Source: an uncultured Erysipelotrichaceae bacterium | Lineage (GTDB): Bacteria > Bacillota_I > Bacilli_A > Erysipelotrichales > Erysipelotrichaceae | Assembly: GCA_942493105.1 (NCBI GenBank) | Contig: OW818668.1 | Location: 1,140,001 to 1,172,000, forward strand | Direction: 5' to 3' | Length of the DNA: 32,000 nucleotides | Shown here: positions 16,637 to 24,357 of the stretch, piece after piece | How positions within the stretch are numbered: position 1 is the stretch's first letter | Layout of the letters: the number at the start of each line of letters is the position of its first letter | Program-made: the position numbers and the translations under genes | The notes under the pieces: model-generated | Databases searched by the model: none | The model's input: the letters and a program-made list of their open reading frames with translations, nothing else | Told to the model about the DNA's origin: nothing

Positions 16637-18322
16637 ATGTTTGAAAATATATTTAACAACATTATCTTGAATATCGCCATATTGTTGATCATGGGCAATG
16701 TGATCCCTAGGATCCATTTTTTTCGTGAAACTCTTTTTAGATATGAAAGATCTTGGAAAGATATCATTATCTTATCAATGGTATTTGGTGGTTTGGGGAT
16801 CTTATCTACTTATATGGGCATCAACATCAATGGAGCCATCGTTAACACACGTGTCATCGGAGTGATCACAGGTGGTCTTTTAGGAGGTCCCTGGGTTGGT
16901 CTTTTTTCTGGTCTGATTGCGGGAGGACATCGTTTTTTATATGATTTAGGCGGCTTTACGGCCTTGTCTTGTGGTTTATCGACCTTGGTTGAAGGGATAT
17001 TAGGCGGTCTGATGTATAGCCGTATCCGCACATCTAAAAATAAATATGCTTGGATCTATGGGACAACTTTTGTGGCTGAGATCTTACAGATGGTTATCAT
17101 CTTACTGATTGCCAGACCTTTTGATGCGGCAGTAGAATTGGTCAGGATCATTGCCTTACCGATGATCTTCCTAAATGCCTTGGGCTCTGTTATTTTTATT
17201 CAGGCTATTTTCTCGGTTCAACGCAGTATCGATGCCCAATCTGCCAAGCATTTAAAATTGGCCTTTGATATCGCCAAAGTAAGCTCTATATATACGCAAA
17301 AAGGATTAGAATCTGAAAAGGACATGCAAGAGGTTGCCCGTATCGTTCGCATCGAATCAGAAAGTGATTTCGTCATGATCACGACTTTAGATAAAGTCAT
17401 TGCCCAAGACGGAAATAACGAGATCAGCCAAGAAATCATAGGATCTTGGAGACCTTGGGTCAAAGAAACATCATTTAATGGGACCAGTAAACAGCTTTCT
17501 AAGAAAGAAATCGCAGAAGTTCATTTAAAACATGCGAATAAACGTATTTTTGTGACTCCGATTTTAAGAAACGAAGTAGTTGTAGGTTCAATCATCATCT
17601 GTGATAAGAATTATCAAGAAAGTTCAAAAACGACCCTAGAATTTACAGAAGGTTTATCTCGTTTGCTTTCTACCCAACTTGAATTATCTGAAATCGAAAA
17701 TCAACGTAAACTGGTTCAAAAAGCTGAACTTAAAGCACTTCATTCTCAAATCAATCCTCATTTTTTATTCAATGCGCTCAATACGATAGCGGCTACCAGC
17801 CGAGAAAATCCCGAAAGAGCCAGACAGTTGATCATTGCCTTAGGTTCTTATTTCAGAAATACCTTAAGTTCTCAAAAAGAACTGATCGATATTCAAAGTG
17901 AAGTTGAACATGTCTTATCGTATATCGAAATCGAAAAGGCGCGTTTTGAGGATCGTTTGGATGTTCAGATCCTTTGTGACCCTAAATTAAAATGGGAAGT
18001 GCCTAACTTCATCATTCAGCCTTTGATTGAAAACAGCATCAAACATGGGATGAAAAAAGACATCCTGCATCTTAAGTTGACCATCCTAAAAGTCAAAGAT
18101 AAATTGAACATTGAAGTCTGGGATGATGGGGGAGGCATGGATGCCTCTATCATTGAAAGGCTTTATTCTAATACGTCAGATCGTGAAAAAATCGGTTTAG
18201 CCAATATTCATAATCGACTTAAAAGCATTTATCCTAATCATAAAGGTTTAATCATCGAAACCAAACCAAATGAATCTACCTTGATCAAGATGCGTATTCC
18301 ATCTTCAGAGGTGAAACCATGA
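16637..18322 (+). CDS. LytS/YehU(BtsS)-type sensor histidine kinase (5TM-LYT, GAF-like, His_kinase, HATPase)
   Basis: 561 aa. The N-terminal membrane domain has GG-rich helices (GVITGGLLGGPWVGLFSGLIAGGHRF). The H-box is LKALHSQINPHFLFNALNTI. The ATPase N and G boxes are PNFIIQPLIENSIKHG and VWDDGGGM. Confidence 0.9.
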   Translation: MFENIFNNIILNIAILLIMGNVIPRIHFFRETLFRYERSWKDIIILSMVFGGLGILSTYMGININGAIVNTRVIGVITGGLLGGPWVGLFSGLIAGGHRFLYDLGGFTALSCGLSTLVEGILGGLMYSRIRTSKNKYAWIYGTTFVAEILQMVIILLIARPFDAAVELVRIIALPMIFLNALGSVIFIQAIFSVQRSIDAQSAKHLKLAFDIAKVSSIYTQKGLESEKDMQEVARIVRIESESDFVMITTLDKVIAQDGNNEISQEIIGSWRPWVKETSFNGTSKQLSKKEIAEVHLKHANKRIFVTPILRNEVVVGSIIICDKNYQESSKTTLEFTEGLSRLLSTQLELSEIENQRKLVQKAELKALHSQINPHFLFNALNTIAATSRENPERARQLIIALGSYFRNTLSSQKELIDIQSEVEHVLSYIEIEKARFEDRLDVQILCDPKLKWEVPNFIIQPLIENSIKHGMKKDILHLKLTILKVKDKLNIEVWDDGGGMDASIIERLYSNTSDREKIGLANIHNRLKSIYPNHKGLIIETKPNESTLIKMRIPSSEVKP

Positions 18323-19032
18323 AGCTTTTGATCGTTGATGATGAGCGGATCTCACGCAATGAACTCAAACATCAACTTTTAGAATTGAATTCATCAAATA
18401 CGATATTTGAAGCTGATTCATGCGAAAATGCCTTGACCTTATTAAAAACCATTTCCTTTTCAGGAGCTTTCTTTGATATTGAACTCTTGGATGGCAAAGG
18501 AACAGATCTTGCTCAACAAGCCTTAGTTCTTCAACCAGATCTCAACTTTGTCTTCTCAACGGCCTATGATCAATTTGCCTTGGAGGCATTTAAGTTAAAT
18601 GCCTTGGATTATATATTAAAGCCCTTTAATCCCATTGATATCCAACGTGCATACAATCGTTTAGTCAAAAGGGAAAGACTGATCGCCCCAGCAGCCTGTG
18701 CAACCGAAAAAATCACGGTATGGTCCAATGAAAAGGCGCATGTGTTAAGTTACAGTGACATCATCTACATTACATCTTCCAACAAGCAGATTCTTTTGGT
18801 TACAAAAAATCAAACCTACTCAATCAAGCAATCACTGGATCAGCTTGAGCAACGATTAGCATCTTGCGGATTTTCAAGAGTTCAACGAAGTTTTATTGTC
18901 AATCTGAATCGGGTCACAGAAATCTTGCCTTGGTTCAATAATGCCTATGCCTTAAAACTGCAAGGTCTAGATACCATCATCCCAATCAGTCGTCAAAAGA
19001 CCCAGATCTTACGCGACTATTTTGATTTCTAG
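18319..19032 (+). CDS. LytTR-family response regulator
   Basis: It overlaps the kinase stop (ATGA at 18319-18322). The REC domain has MKLLIVDDE and FFDIELLDG. The C-terminal LytTR domain has FSRVQRSFIVNLNRVTEILPWFNNAYALKL. Confidence 0.9.
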   Translation: MKLLIVDDERISRNELKHQLLELNSSNTIFEADSCENALTLLKTISFSGAFFDIELLDGKGTDLAQQALVLQPDLNFVFSTAYDQFALEAFKLNALDYILKPFNPIDIQRAYNRLVKRERLIAPAACATEKITVWSNEKAHVLSYSDIIYITSSNKQILLVTKNQTYSIKQSLDQLEQRLASCGFSRVQRSFIVNLNRVTEILPWFNNAYALKLQGLDTIIPISRQKTQILRDYFDF

Positions 19033-19048
19033 CCATCAATTTATACAT

Positions 19049-19112
19049 TTCAACCTTATTTTTCAACAATTCAACCCAAGTGTAAGCGATTGCAGGGTTG
19101 TTTTTTTATAAT
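19049..19112 (+). promoter_or_regulatory. candidate LytTR-dependent promoter of the CstA-family gene
   Basis: TTCAACC lies at 19049-19055 and again at 19070-19076, exactly 21 bp apart. TTCAACA lies at 19062-19068. A perfect -10 TATAAT is at 19107-19112 with no good -35. Confidence 0.4.
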
Positions 19113-19133
19113 GATGTGGAAAGGGAGGTTACT

Positions 19134-20561
19134 ATGTTTACATTTCTAATCGCTTTAGTCGTCTTGATCTTAGGTTATGTTTTCTATGGCGCTTTCATTG
19201 AAAAGATTTTCAAACCAGATGATCGTATTACGCCAGCTGTATCCGTCAATGATGGGGTCGATTATGTTCCTATGAAACAAAAATGGAATATCTTCTTGAT
19301 TCAATTATTGAACATTGCAGGTTTAGGTCCGATCTATGGAGCTATCTTGGGGGCTTTGTTTGGTCCTGCTGTCTATATTTGGATCGTATTTGGTTGTATC
19401 TTTGCCGGGGCAGTTCATGATTACTTGTCTGGCATGATTTCCATGCGTCACAATGGAGCCAATATTTCTGAATTGGTTGGCATCTATTTGGGCAACAATA
19501 TGAAATGGATCATGAGAATATTCTCAGTCATTCTGTTGGTTCTAGTAGGAACTGTATTTATGAGCGGACCAGCTGCCTTGTTGGCTAAGTTGACTCCGGA
19601 ATCCTTAAATTTAACATTCTGGTTGTATGCAATTTTAATTTATTATTTCTTAGCTACGATCTTGCCTTTCGATAAGATCATTGGCCGTTTATACCCAGTC
19701 TTTGGTTTCGTTTTGATTTTCATGGCTGTAGGCGTTGGTGCTTTATTGCTCATCAACAATGGCTCAAATCCTTTGCCTGAATTGACTTCCATTCCTTTAG
19801 CTAATGTTAAAGGTCAGGCTTTATGGCCAATCATGTTTATTACTGTTGCTTGCGGAGCCATTTCTGGTTTCCATGCTACACAATCACCAATGGTTGCCCG
19901 CGTCATGATGAATGAACGCGATGGTCGCAAGATCTTCTATGGTGCCATGATTGCTGAAGGCGTTATCGCATTGGTATGGGCTGCTGCCGGGACAACGTTC
20001 TATCAGGGTCCTGCCGGTTTAAATGAAGCTTTGGCTACATTAGGCGGTCAAGGCGGCGTTGTATTCGATGTAACTAAATCATTGTTGGGCCCAGTTGGTG
20101 GCGTCTTGGCGATCTTAGGGGTCGTTGCAGCTCCAATCACTTCTGGGGATACAGCTTTCCGTGCTGCACGTTTAACTTTAGCGGATATCTTCAAACTGAA
20201 TCAGAAACCTTTAAAAAATCGCTTATTCATTGCTGTTCCGTTGTTGTTTGTCGGTTGGTATTTGACACAAGGTGTTGATTATCAAATCATCTGGCGCTAC
20301 TTCTCATGGGCCAATCAGACTTTAGCGATGATCGCATTATGGATGGGTGCAGCTTACTTGTATCAACATAAACTCAATCATTGGGTTGCCAGTATTCCTG
20401 CTACTTTTATGAGTGCTGTCAGCGTTACCTACATCCTACAAGCTGCTGAAGGCTTCAAATTAGCGACCAGCATTTCCTATCCAGTTGGACTAGTCACAGC
20501 TCTTTCATTCTTTGGGTTATTCTATCTGCTCATCTTAAAAAAAGCTAGAATTGCTGTATAA
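19134..20561 (+). CDS. cstA: CstA-family transporter (short form; BtsT/CstA-like putative pyruvate/peptide:H+ symporter)
   Basis: The preferred start is ATG 19134, with SD AGGGAGG at 19122-19128; the track start at 19098 is a TTG. The protein is 475 aa and polytopic. The block TVACGAISGFHATQSP resembles the conserved CstA ACGAxSGFH motif. Confidence 0.8.
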   Translation: MFTFLIALVVLILGYVFYGAFIEKIFKPDDRITPAVSVNDGVDYVPMKQKWNIFLIQLLNIAGLGPIYGAILGALFGPAVYIWIVFGCIFAGAVHDYLSGMISMRHNGANISELVGIYLGNNMKWIMRIFSVILLVLVGTVFMSGPAALLAKLTPESLNLTFWLYAILIYYFLATILPFDKIIGRLYPVFGFVLIFMAVGVGALLLINNGSNPLPELTSIPLANVKGQALWPIMFITVACGAISGFHATQSPMVARVMMNERDGRKIFYGAMIAEGVIALVWAAAGTTFYQGPAGLNEALATLGGQGGVVFDVTKSLLGPVGGVLAILGVVAAPITSGDTAFRAARLTLADIFKLNQKPLKNRLFIAVPLLFVGWYLTQGVDYQIIWRYFSWANQTLAMIALWMGAAYLYQHKLNHWVASIPATFMSAVSVTYILQAAEGFKLATSISYPVGLVTALSFFGLFYLLILKKARIAV

Positions 20562-20563
20562 TT

Positions 20564-20598
20564 GAAAGGGAAGATTGGAAACAATCTTTCCTTTTTTT
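20564..20598 (+). terminator. strong hairpin plus T-run between cstA and the LUD gene
   Basis: GAAAGGGAAGATTG-gaaa-CAATCTTTCCTTT followed by TTTTT. It sits immediately before the SD of the next gene. Confidence 0.75.
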
Positions 20599-20611
20599 CA
20601 CAGGAGGAAAC

Positions 20612-21223
20612 ATGGATTTTCAAAAGTTAAAAGATAAGTATGCCGTTCATCATATTAATCTAGAATATTTTTCAACCATCAATGAAGCCAAGGCTAGAGT
20701 TCAAGAGCTGATTCATGATGGACAAGTCGTTGGAATCGGTGGTAGTACGACCCTTAATGCTTGGGGCATCGTTGATGATCTGCGCAATCGTCAGATTCAA
20801 TTTCTGGATCGTTTTGTGCCTGGGATCACCCCAACTCAACTCAATGATATCTTTCATCAATCGTTCAATGCGGATGTCTATTTAAGCAGTGTCAATGCGA
20901 TGACAGAAGATGGCGAATTGGTCTGTATCGATAAGAATGGCAATCGTATCGCTGCCTTATTATATGGACCCAAGAAAGTTATCTTAGTCGTTGGTAAAAA
21001 TAAACTCGTCAAGAATCTCGATGAGGCCTTTAATCGTTTAAGAACGGTTGCGGCTCCAGCCAATGCACGACGATATAACTTAACGACGCCTTGTGTGAGT
21101 ACAGGTGTTTGTATGGATTGCGATCATCCTCAAAGACTTTGTTATGCAGAGATCATCATCAAAGGTCAAGCGGATCCTTCAAGAATGACTTTATTGTTTG
21201 TCAATGAAGACGGTGGTTTTTAA
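20612..21223 (+). CDS. LUD-domain (YkgG/LutC-like, DUF162) lactate-utilisation-family protein
   Basis: 203 aa with SD AGGAGG. The blocks are GQVVGIGGSTTL, SVNAMTEDGELV, KKVILVVGKNKLV, and a C-terminal Cys cluster C161-x5-C-x2-C-x6-C177. Confidence 0.7.
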   Translation: MDFQKLKDKYAVHHINLEYFSTINEAKARVQELIHDGQVVGIGGSTTLNAWGIVDDLRNRQIQFLDRFVPGITPTQLNDIFHQSFNADVYLSSVNAMTEDGELVCIDKNGNRIAALLYGPKKVILVVGKNKLVKNLDEAFNRLRTVAAPANARRYNLTTPCVSTGVCMDCDHPQRLCYAEIIIKGQADPSRMTLLFVNEDGGF

Positions 21224-22245
21224 TGGAAGAGGCAGTATACATTCAAAAAGCTAAAGAAAACATGACGATCTGTAAGATGTGTCGTGAATGCAATGGGGAA
21301 GTATGCAGAGGTTTGACTCCTGGTCCTGGTGGTAAAGGCACAGGTTCTACCTTCGTCAGAAATGTTGCAGCGCTTAAAAAGATACAGCTCAAAATGGCTG
21401 TCATTGGCCATGATGTTCAACCAGATACGACATACAACTTCTATTCAACGATACTCAGTGCTCCCATCATGGCTGCTCCCATATCCAATGTAAAGATCAA
21501 TTATGGTTCTTTGGTGGATGAACAAACTTACTTAAATGGTTTGATTGATGGAACACAAGAAGCAGGTGTACTAAGTTTCTTAGGCGATGCCCCAGCTCAG
21601 GCTATGTTTGATTTATCACTAGAAGCCCTGAAGAAACTTAAAGGCAAAGCCATCATGACCATTAAACCTTGGGAAATGTCTACTTTTATGAATCGATTGG
21701 AAGCTGTGATGGCAGCTGATCCGATGGCCATTGCGATGGATATAGATGCTGGAGGTCTGACTTCACTTAGAACAGTTCATCCTAAAGTAACTTTCATGTC
21801 CGTTGAACAATTAAAAATGATCAAACAAAAAATGGGTTCTGTTCCTCTGATTTTAAAAGGCATCATGACCGTTAACGATGCATTGTTGGCACTAGAAGCC
21901 AATGCAGATGCGATCATTGTGAGCAATCATGGTGGACGTGTCATGGATCAAGGTGAAAGCAGCATTGAAGTCTTGCAAGACATTGTTGAAGCTGTCAATC
22001 ATAGATGTTTGATTTTGATCGATGGTGGTTTTAGAACAGGCAGTGATGTCTTCAAAGCATTAGCCTTGGGGGCTGATGCTGTATTGATCGGTCGACCATT
22101 CTCACATGCGAGTATCGGTTCAGGTAAAGAGGGTGTCGTTCATTTGGTCAACAGATTGACCAGAGAACTCAAAGACGCGATGATGTTGACTCAATGTTCA
22201 ACTTTAACTGATATCGATCTGAGTAAAGTTAAAATTCGCTTATAA
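21223..22245 (+). CDS. FMN-dependent alpha-hydroxy-acid oxidase/dehydrogenase family protein (lactate/glycolate-oxidase-like) with an N-terminal Cys cluster
   Basis: The TAATG overlap with the LUD gene indicates coupling. Catalytic blocks are IVSNHGGRVMDQG and LIDGGFRTGSDVFKALALGADAVLIGRP. The N-terminus carries C17-x2-C-x2-C-x4-C28. Confidence 0.8.
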   Translation: MEEAVYIQKAKENMTICKMCRECNGEVCRGLTPGPGGKGTGSTFVRNVAALKKIQLKMAVIGHDVQPDTTYNFYSTILSAPIMAAPISNVKINYGSLVDEQTYLNGLIDGTQEAGVLSFLGDAPAQAMFDLSLEALKKLKGKAIMTIKPWEMSTFMNRLEAVMAADPMAIAMDIDAGGLTSLRTVHPKVTFMSVEQLKMIKQKMGSVPLILKGIMTVNDALLALEANADAIIVSNHGGRVMDQGESSIEVLQDIVEAVNHRCLILIDGGFRTGSDVFKALALGADAVLIGRPFSHASIGSGKEGVVHLVNRLTRELKDAMMLTQCSTLTDIDLSKVKIRL

Positions 22246-22267
22246 ATAAATTATTTGTTATCTGCAG

Positions 22268-22296
22268 AAACCTGAGAAATCAGGTTTTTGTTTATT
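22268..22296 (+). terminator. rho-independent terminator
   Basis: AAACCTGA-gaaa-TCAGGTTT followed by TTGTTTATTTT. Confidence 0.8.
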
Positions 22297-22331
22297 TTGG
22301 GTAGATATTCTTATGAAAGATTGCTCGTGTA

Positions 22332-22360
22332 TAGACAACTTAAGTGATGTGGTAGATAAT
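22332..22360 (+). promoter_or_regulatory. candidate sigmaA promoter of the Nif3-like gene
   Basis: -35 TAGACA (22332-22337), a 17-nt spacer, then -10 GATAAT (22355-22360). Confidence 0.4.
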
Positions 22361-22430
22361 AGGATTAAAGAGGTTCCATGAACTTTTGTATATCTAATGT
22401 TCTTGTTCATAGGAAGCACAAAGGAGCACC

Positions 22431-23279
22431 ATGAAAATCAATGAAGTCATTGCAAAAATCAAAGCTTACCATAAAGGCATAGACAGTAAAGGCAACCCCA
22501 TCGATGAGGCAACGACTCGCGATAAGATCCTGTATGGTGATTCTGATCGTGAATGTACAGGCATCATCACGACTTGTTTTGCCTCAACAGAAGTCATAAG
22601 AAGCGCTATTGAGAAAGGTGCAAATCTGATCATCAGTCATGAAGCTTTGTTTTGGAATCATGGTGATCATACCGATTGGTTAACTGATAACAAAGTCTTC
22701 CTAGCAAAGAAAAAGTTGTTGGAAGAGTCCGGTATCGTCGTATGGCGTGACCATGATTATATTCACTCTGGAATTCCTTTAGGCAATGGGGAATATACCG
22801 ATGGTATCTTTTATGGACTCATGAAATTTATGGGTTGGGATGATTACTTGGTATCATCGATTCATCTTCCTGTGTTGTTTGAAATGCCTAAAACATCATT
22901 AAAGTCATTCGCAGACGATATCTTAAATAAGATAAACTTAAGCGGGATCAAAGTCATAGGTGATCCCGATACAGAAGTCAAACGGTTTTTGATTGGACGT
23001 CATATCATGGGTCCTGGTGACAGTGAGAAAATAACCGAAGTTGAGAATGGAAACATCGATGTGATCCTTAGTCTAGAAGTCATTGACTATACCGTCAGTG
23101 AATATATTCGTGATGCTTCTCAATTGGGTTGGCCAAAAGCCATTTTAGCTGTTGGACATTTTAATCTTGAAGAACCGGGAATGGCTTATATGATCGAATA
23201 TTTGCCAAACCTGTTTGATCATAAGATTCCATGCGCTTATGTTCAATCAGGAGACTCCTATCACTTCTTTACAAAATAA
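22431..23279 (+). CDS. Nif3-like dinuclear-metal-centre family protein
   Basis: 282 aa with SD AAGGAG. The block GANLIISHEALFWNHGD and the C-terminal AVGHFNLEEPGM resemble the NIF3 (YbgI/YqfO) metal-ligand regions. Confidence 0.55.
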   Translation: MKINEVIAKIKAYHKGIDSKGNPIDEATTRDKILYGDSDRECTGIITTCFASTEVIRSAIEKGANLIISHEALFWNHGDHTDWLTDNKVFLAKKKLLEESGIVVWRDHDYIHSGIPLGNGEYTDGIFYGLMKFMGWDDYLVSSIHLPVLFEMPKTSLKSFADDILNKINLSGIKVIGDPDTEVKRFLIGRHIMGPGDSEKITEVENGNIDVILSLEVIDYTVSEYIRDASQLGWPKAILAVGHFNLEEPGMAYMIEYLPNLFDHKIPCAYVQSGDSYHFFTK

Positions 23280-23350
23280 ATAAGATGATTTATCTTAAGT
23301 GGCTCTGCTTTCTTGTGTGGGAAAGTAATCAAAATCTTTAGGAGAACAGT

Positions 23351-24091
23351 ATGGAAAAAAACACTGGCGTATTCATGTTGAATCTTGTACGAAGAAATTC
23401 TGTCAATCATCCTTCACTGATTGTGGATGAACATCGGGTCATGCTGATCGATACAGGATTGCCTGATCAATATGATGTTTTAAATGAAGATCTAAAAAGA
23501 GTTGGTTTTTCAATGGATCAAGTAACAGATATTTTGATTACCCATCATGATATGGATCATATGGGCATCGTTAAACAAATCAAGACGCTTTATCCAAATA
23601 TCAATGTGTTGGCTTATCATGTTGAAATACCCTACATCAATGGAACAATTAAGCATCTTAAACTAAATGATATAGACACAGGCCGAGTCATTCTCACTGA
23701 AGATCGACAGACTTGGTATGATAATCTGGTTCAGAAATTTCCGGCTTGTGTTTGTGAAGTAGATGAAATTTTAGAGGATGGACAAATCATCGATATCGCA
23801 GGCGGTCTTCAAGTGATTTTGACGGTTGGGCATACTTTAGGTCAAGTTTCATTGTTTCATATGTCGACCAAAACTTTAATTTCTGCAGATGCATTAAACA
23901 TCAAGGATGGTAAACTGTCTGGTCCTAATCCCATCGCGACCCATGACTTGGATGAAGGCATGAGATCCATTAAGAAACTCGCTGCTTTTGATATTAAGAG
24001 CGCCATTATCTTTCATGGGGGATGGATTGAATCAGATGATCTGCCCCAACAACTCCACCAACTTGCCGACGACTATTTTATGTCAAAGTAA
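23351..24091 (+). CDS. MBL-fold metallo-hydrolase
   Basis: 246 aa with SD AGGAG. The blocks are LIDTGLPDQ, ILITHHDMDHMG (a variant of HxHxDH, with Asp in place of the second His), TVGHTLGQ, and a C-terminal FHGG. Confidence 0.7.
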   Translation: MEKNTGVFMLNLVRRNSVNHPSLIVDEHRVMLIDTGLPDQYDVLNEDLKRVGFSMDQVTDILITHHDMDHMGIVKQIKTLYPNINVLAYHVEIPYINGTIKHLKLNDIDTGRVILTEDRQTWYDNLVQKFPACVCEVDEILEDGQIIDIAGGLQVILTVGHTLGQVSLFHMSTKTLISADALNIKDGKLSGPNPIATHDLDEGMRSIKKLAAFDIKSAIIFHGGWIESDDLPQQLHQLADDYFMSK

Positions 24092-24232
24092 TTTCACTTT
24101 GTCTGATTTCTTAGGCTTTTTTTCATGAATAAGTTTATCAAAGATCATTATCTTAGTTTTCTTTCTTAACTTATTATGATGTCTTGTAGATAAAATCTAG
24201 AATTAGGAAGATAATGAAGAAGGTTTATGTTT

Positions 24233-24308
24233 GGCCCGTTGGAGAAATGGTTAACTCACATGCCCCTCACGCATGCATTCACGGGTTCAAACCCCGTACG
24301 GGTCACCA
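24233..24308 (+). tRNA. tRNA-Glu (anticodon CUC), 76 nt with encoded CCA
   Basis: A hand-folded cloverleaf supports the call. The acceptor stem is GGCCCGT/ACGGGTC (G2:U71). The D stem is GAG/CTC, with U8, A14, GG and A21 present. The anticodon stem is CATGC/GCATG. The loop CCCTCAC puts CTC at 24266-24268. The variable loop is CATTC. The T arm is ACGGG-TTCAAAC-CCCGT. The discriminator is A, followed by CCA. The 5' and 3' ends resemble Bacillus-type tRNA-Glu. Confidence 0.85.
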
Positions 24309-24357
24309 ACTAAACATGTAGGTTAATAACCTTAATCCATAAAGACCAGGAGGCTAT

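Noticed and set aside
19072-19107. Hairpin CAACCC...GGGTTG plus T7, as a terminator of the lytS/lytT-like operon.
   Set aside because: I did not list it as a terminator feature because the stem is only 6 bp with a 17-nt loop. It also overlaps the candidate LytTR box and the TATAAT of the cstA promoter. It is kept as a caveat in the LytTR-box finding.
22328-22350. TGTATAGACAACTTAAGTGATGTG upstream of the Nif3-like gene resembles the 16-bp repeat of the SIS/PTS region (TGTATAGTCAAGTTGTGATGTG), which would suggest a shared regulon.
   Set aside because: Only about 12 of 16 positions match, and a 2-nt indel is needed. The matching part is largely explained by promoter hexamers: TAGACA serves as the -35 here, and TATAGT as the -10 there. 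A chance resemblance in AT-rich promoter DNA is more likely.
23351-24091. The MBL-fold protein has HHDMDH instead of the canonical HxHxDH, so it could be an inactive or novel metal site.
   Set aside because: One substitution (His to Asp) still leaves a plausible metal ligand, and variant motif-2 sequences exist across the MBL superfamily. This is not enough evidence for a separate finding without an alignment.
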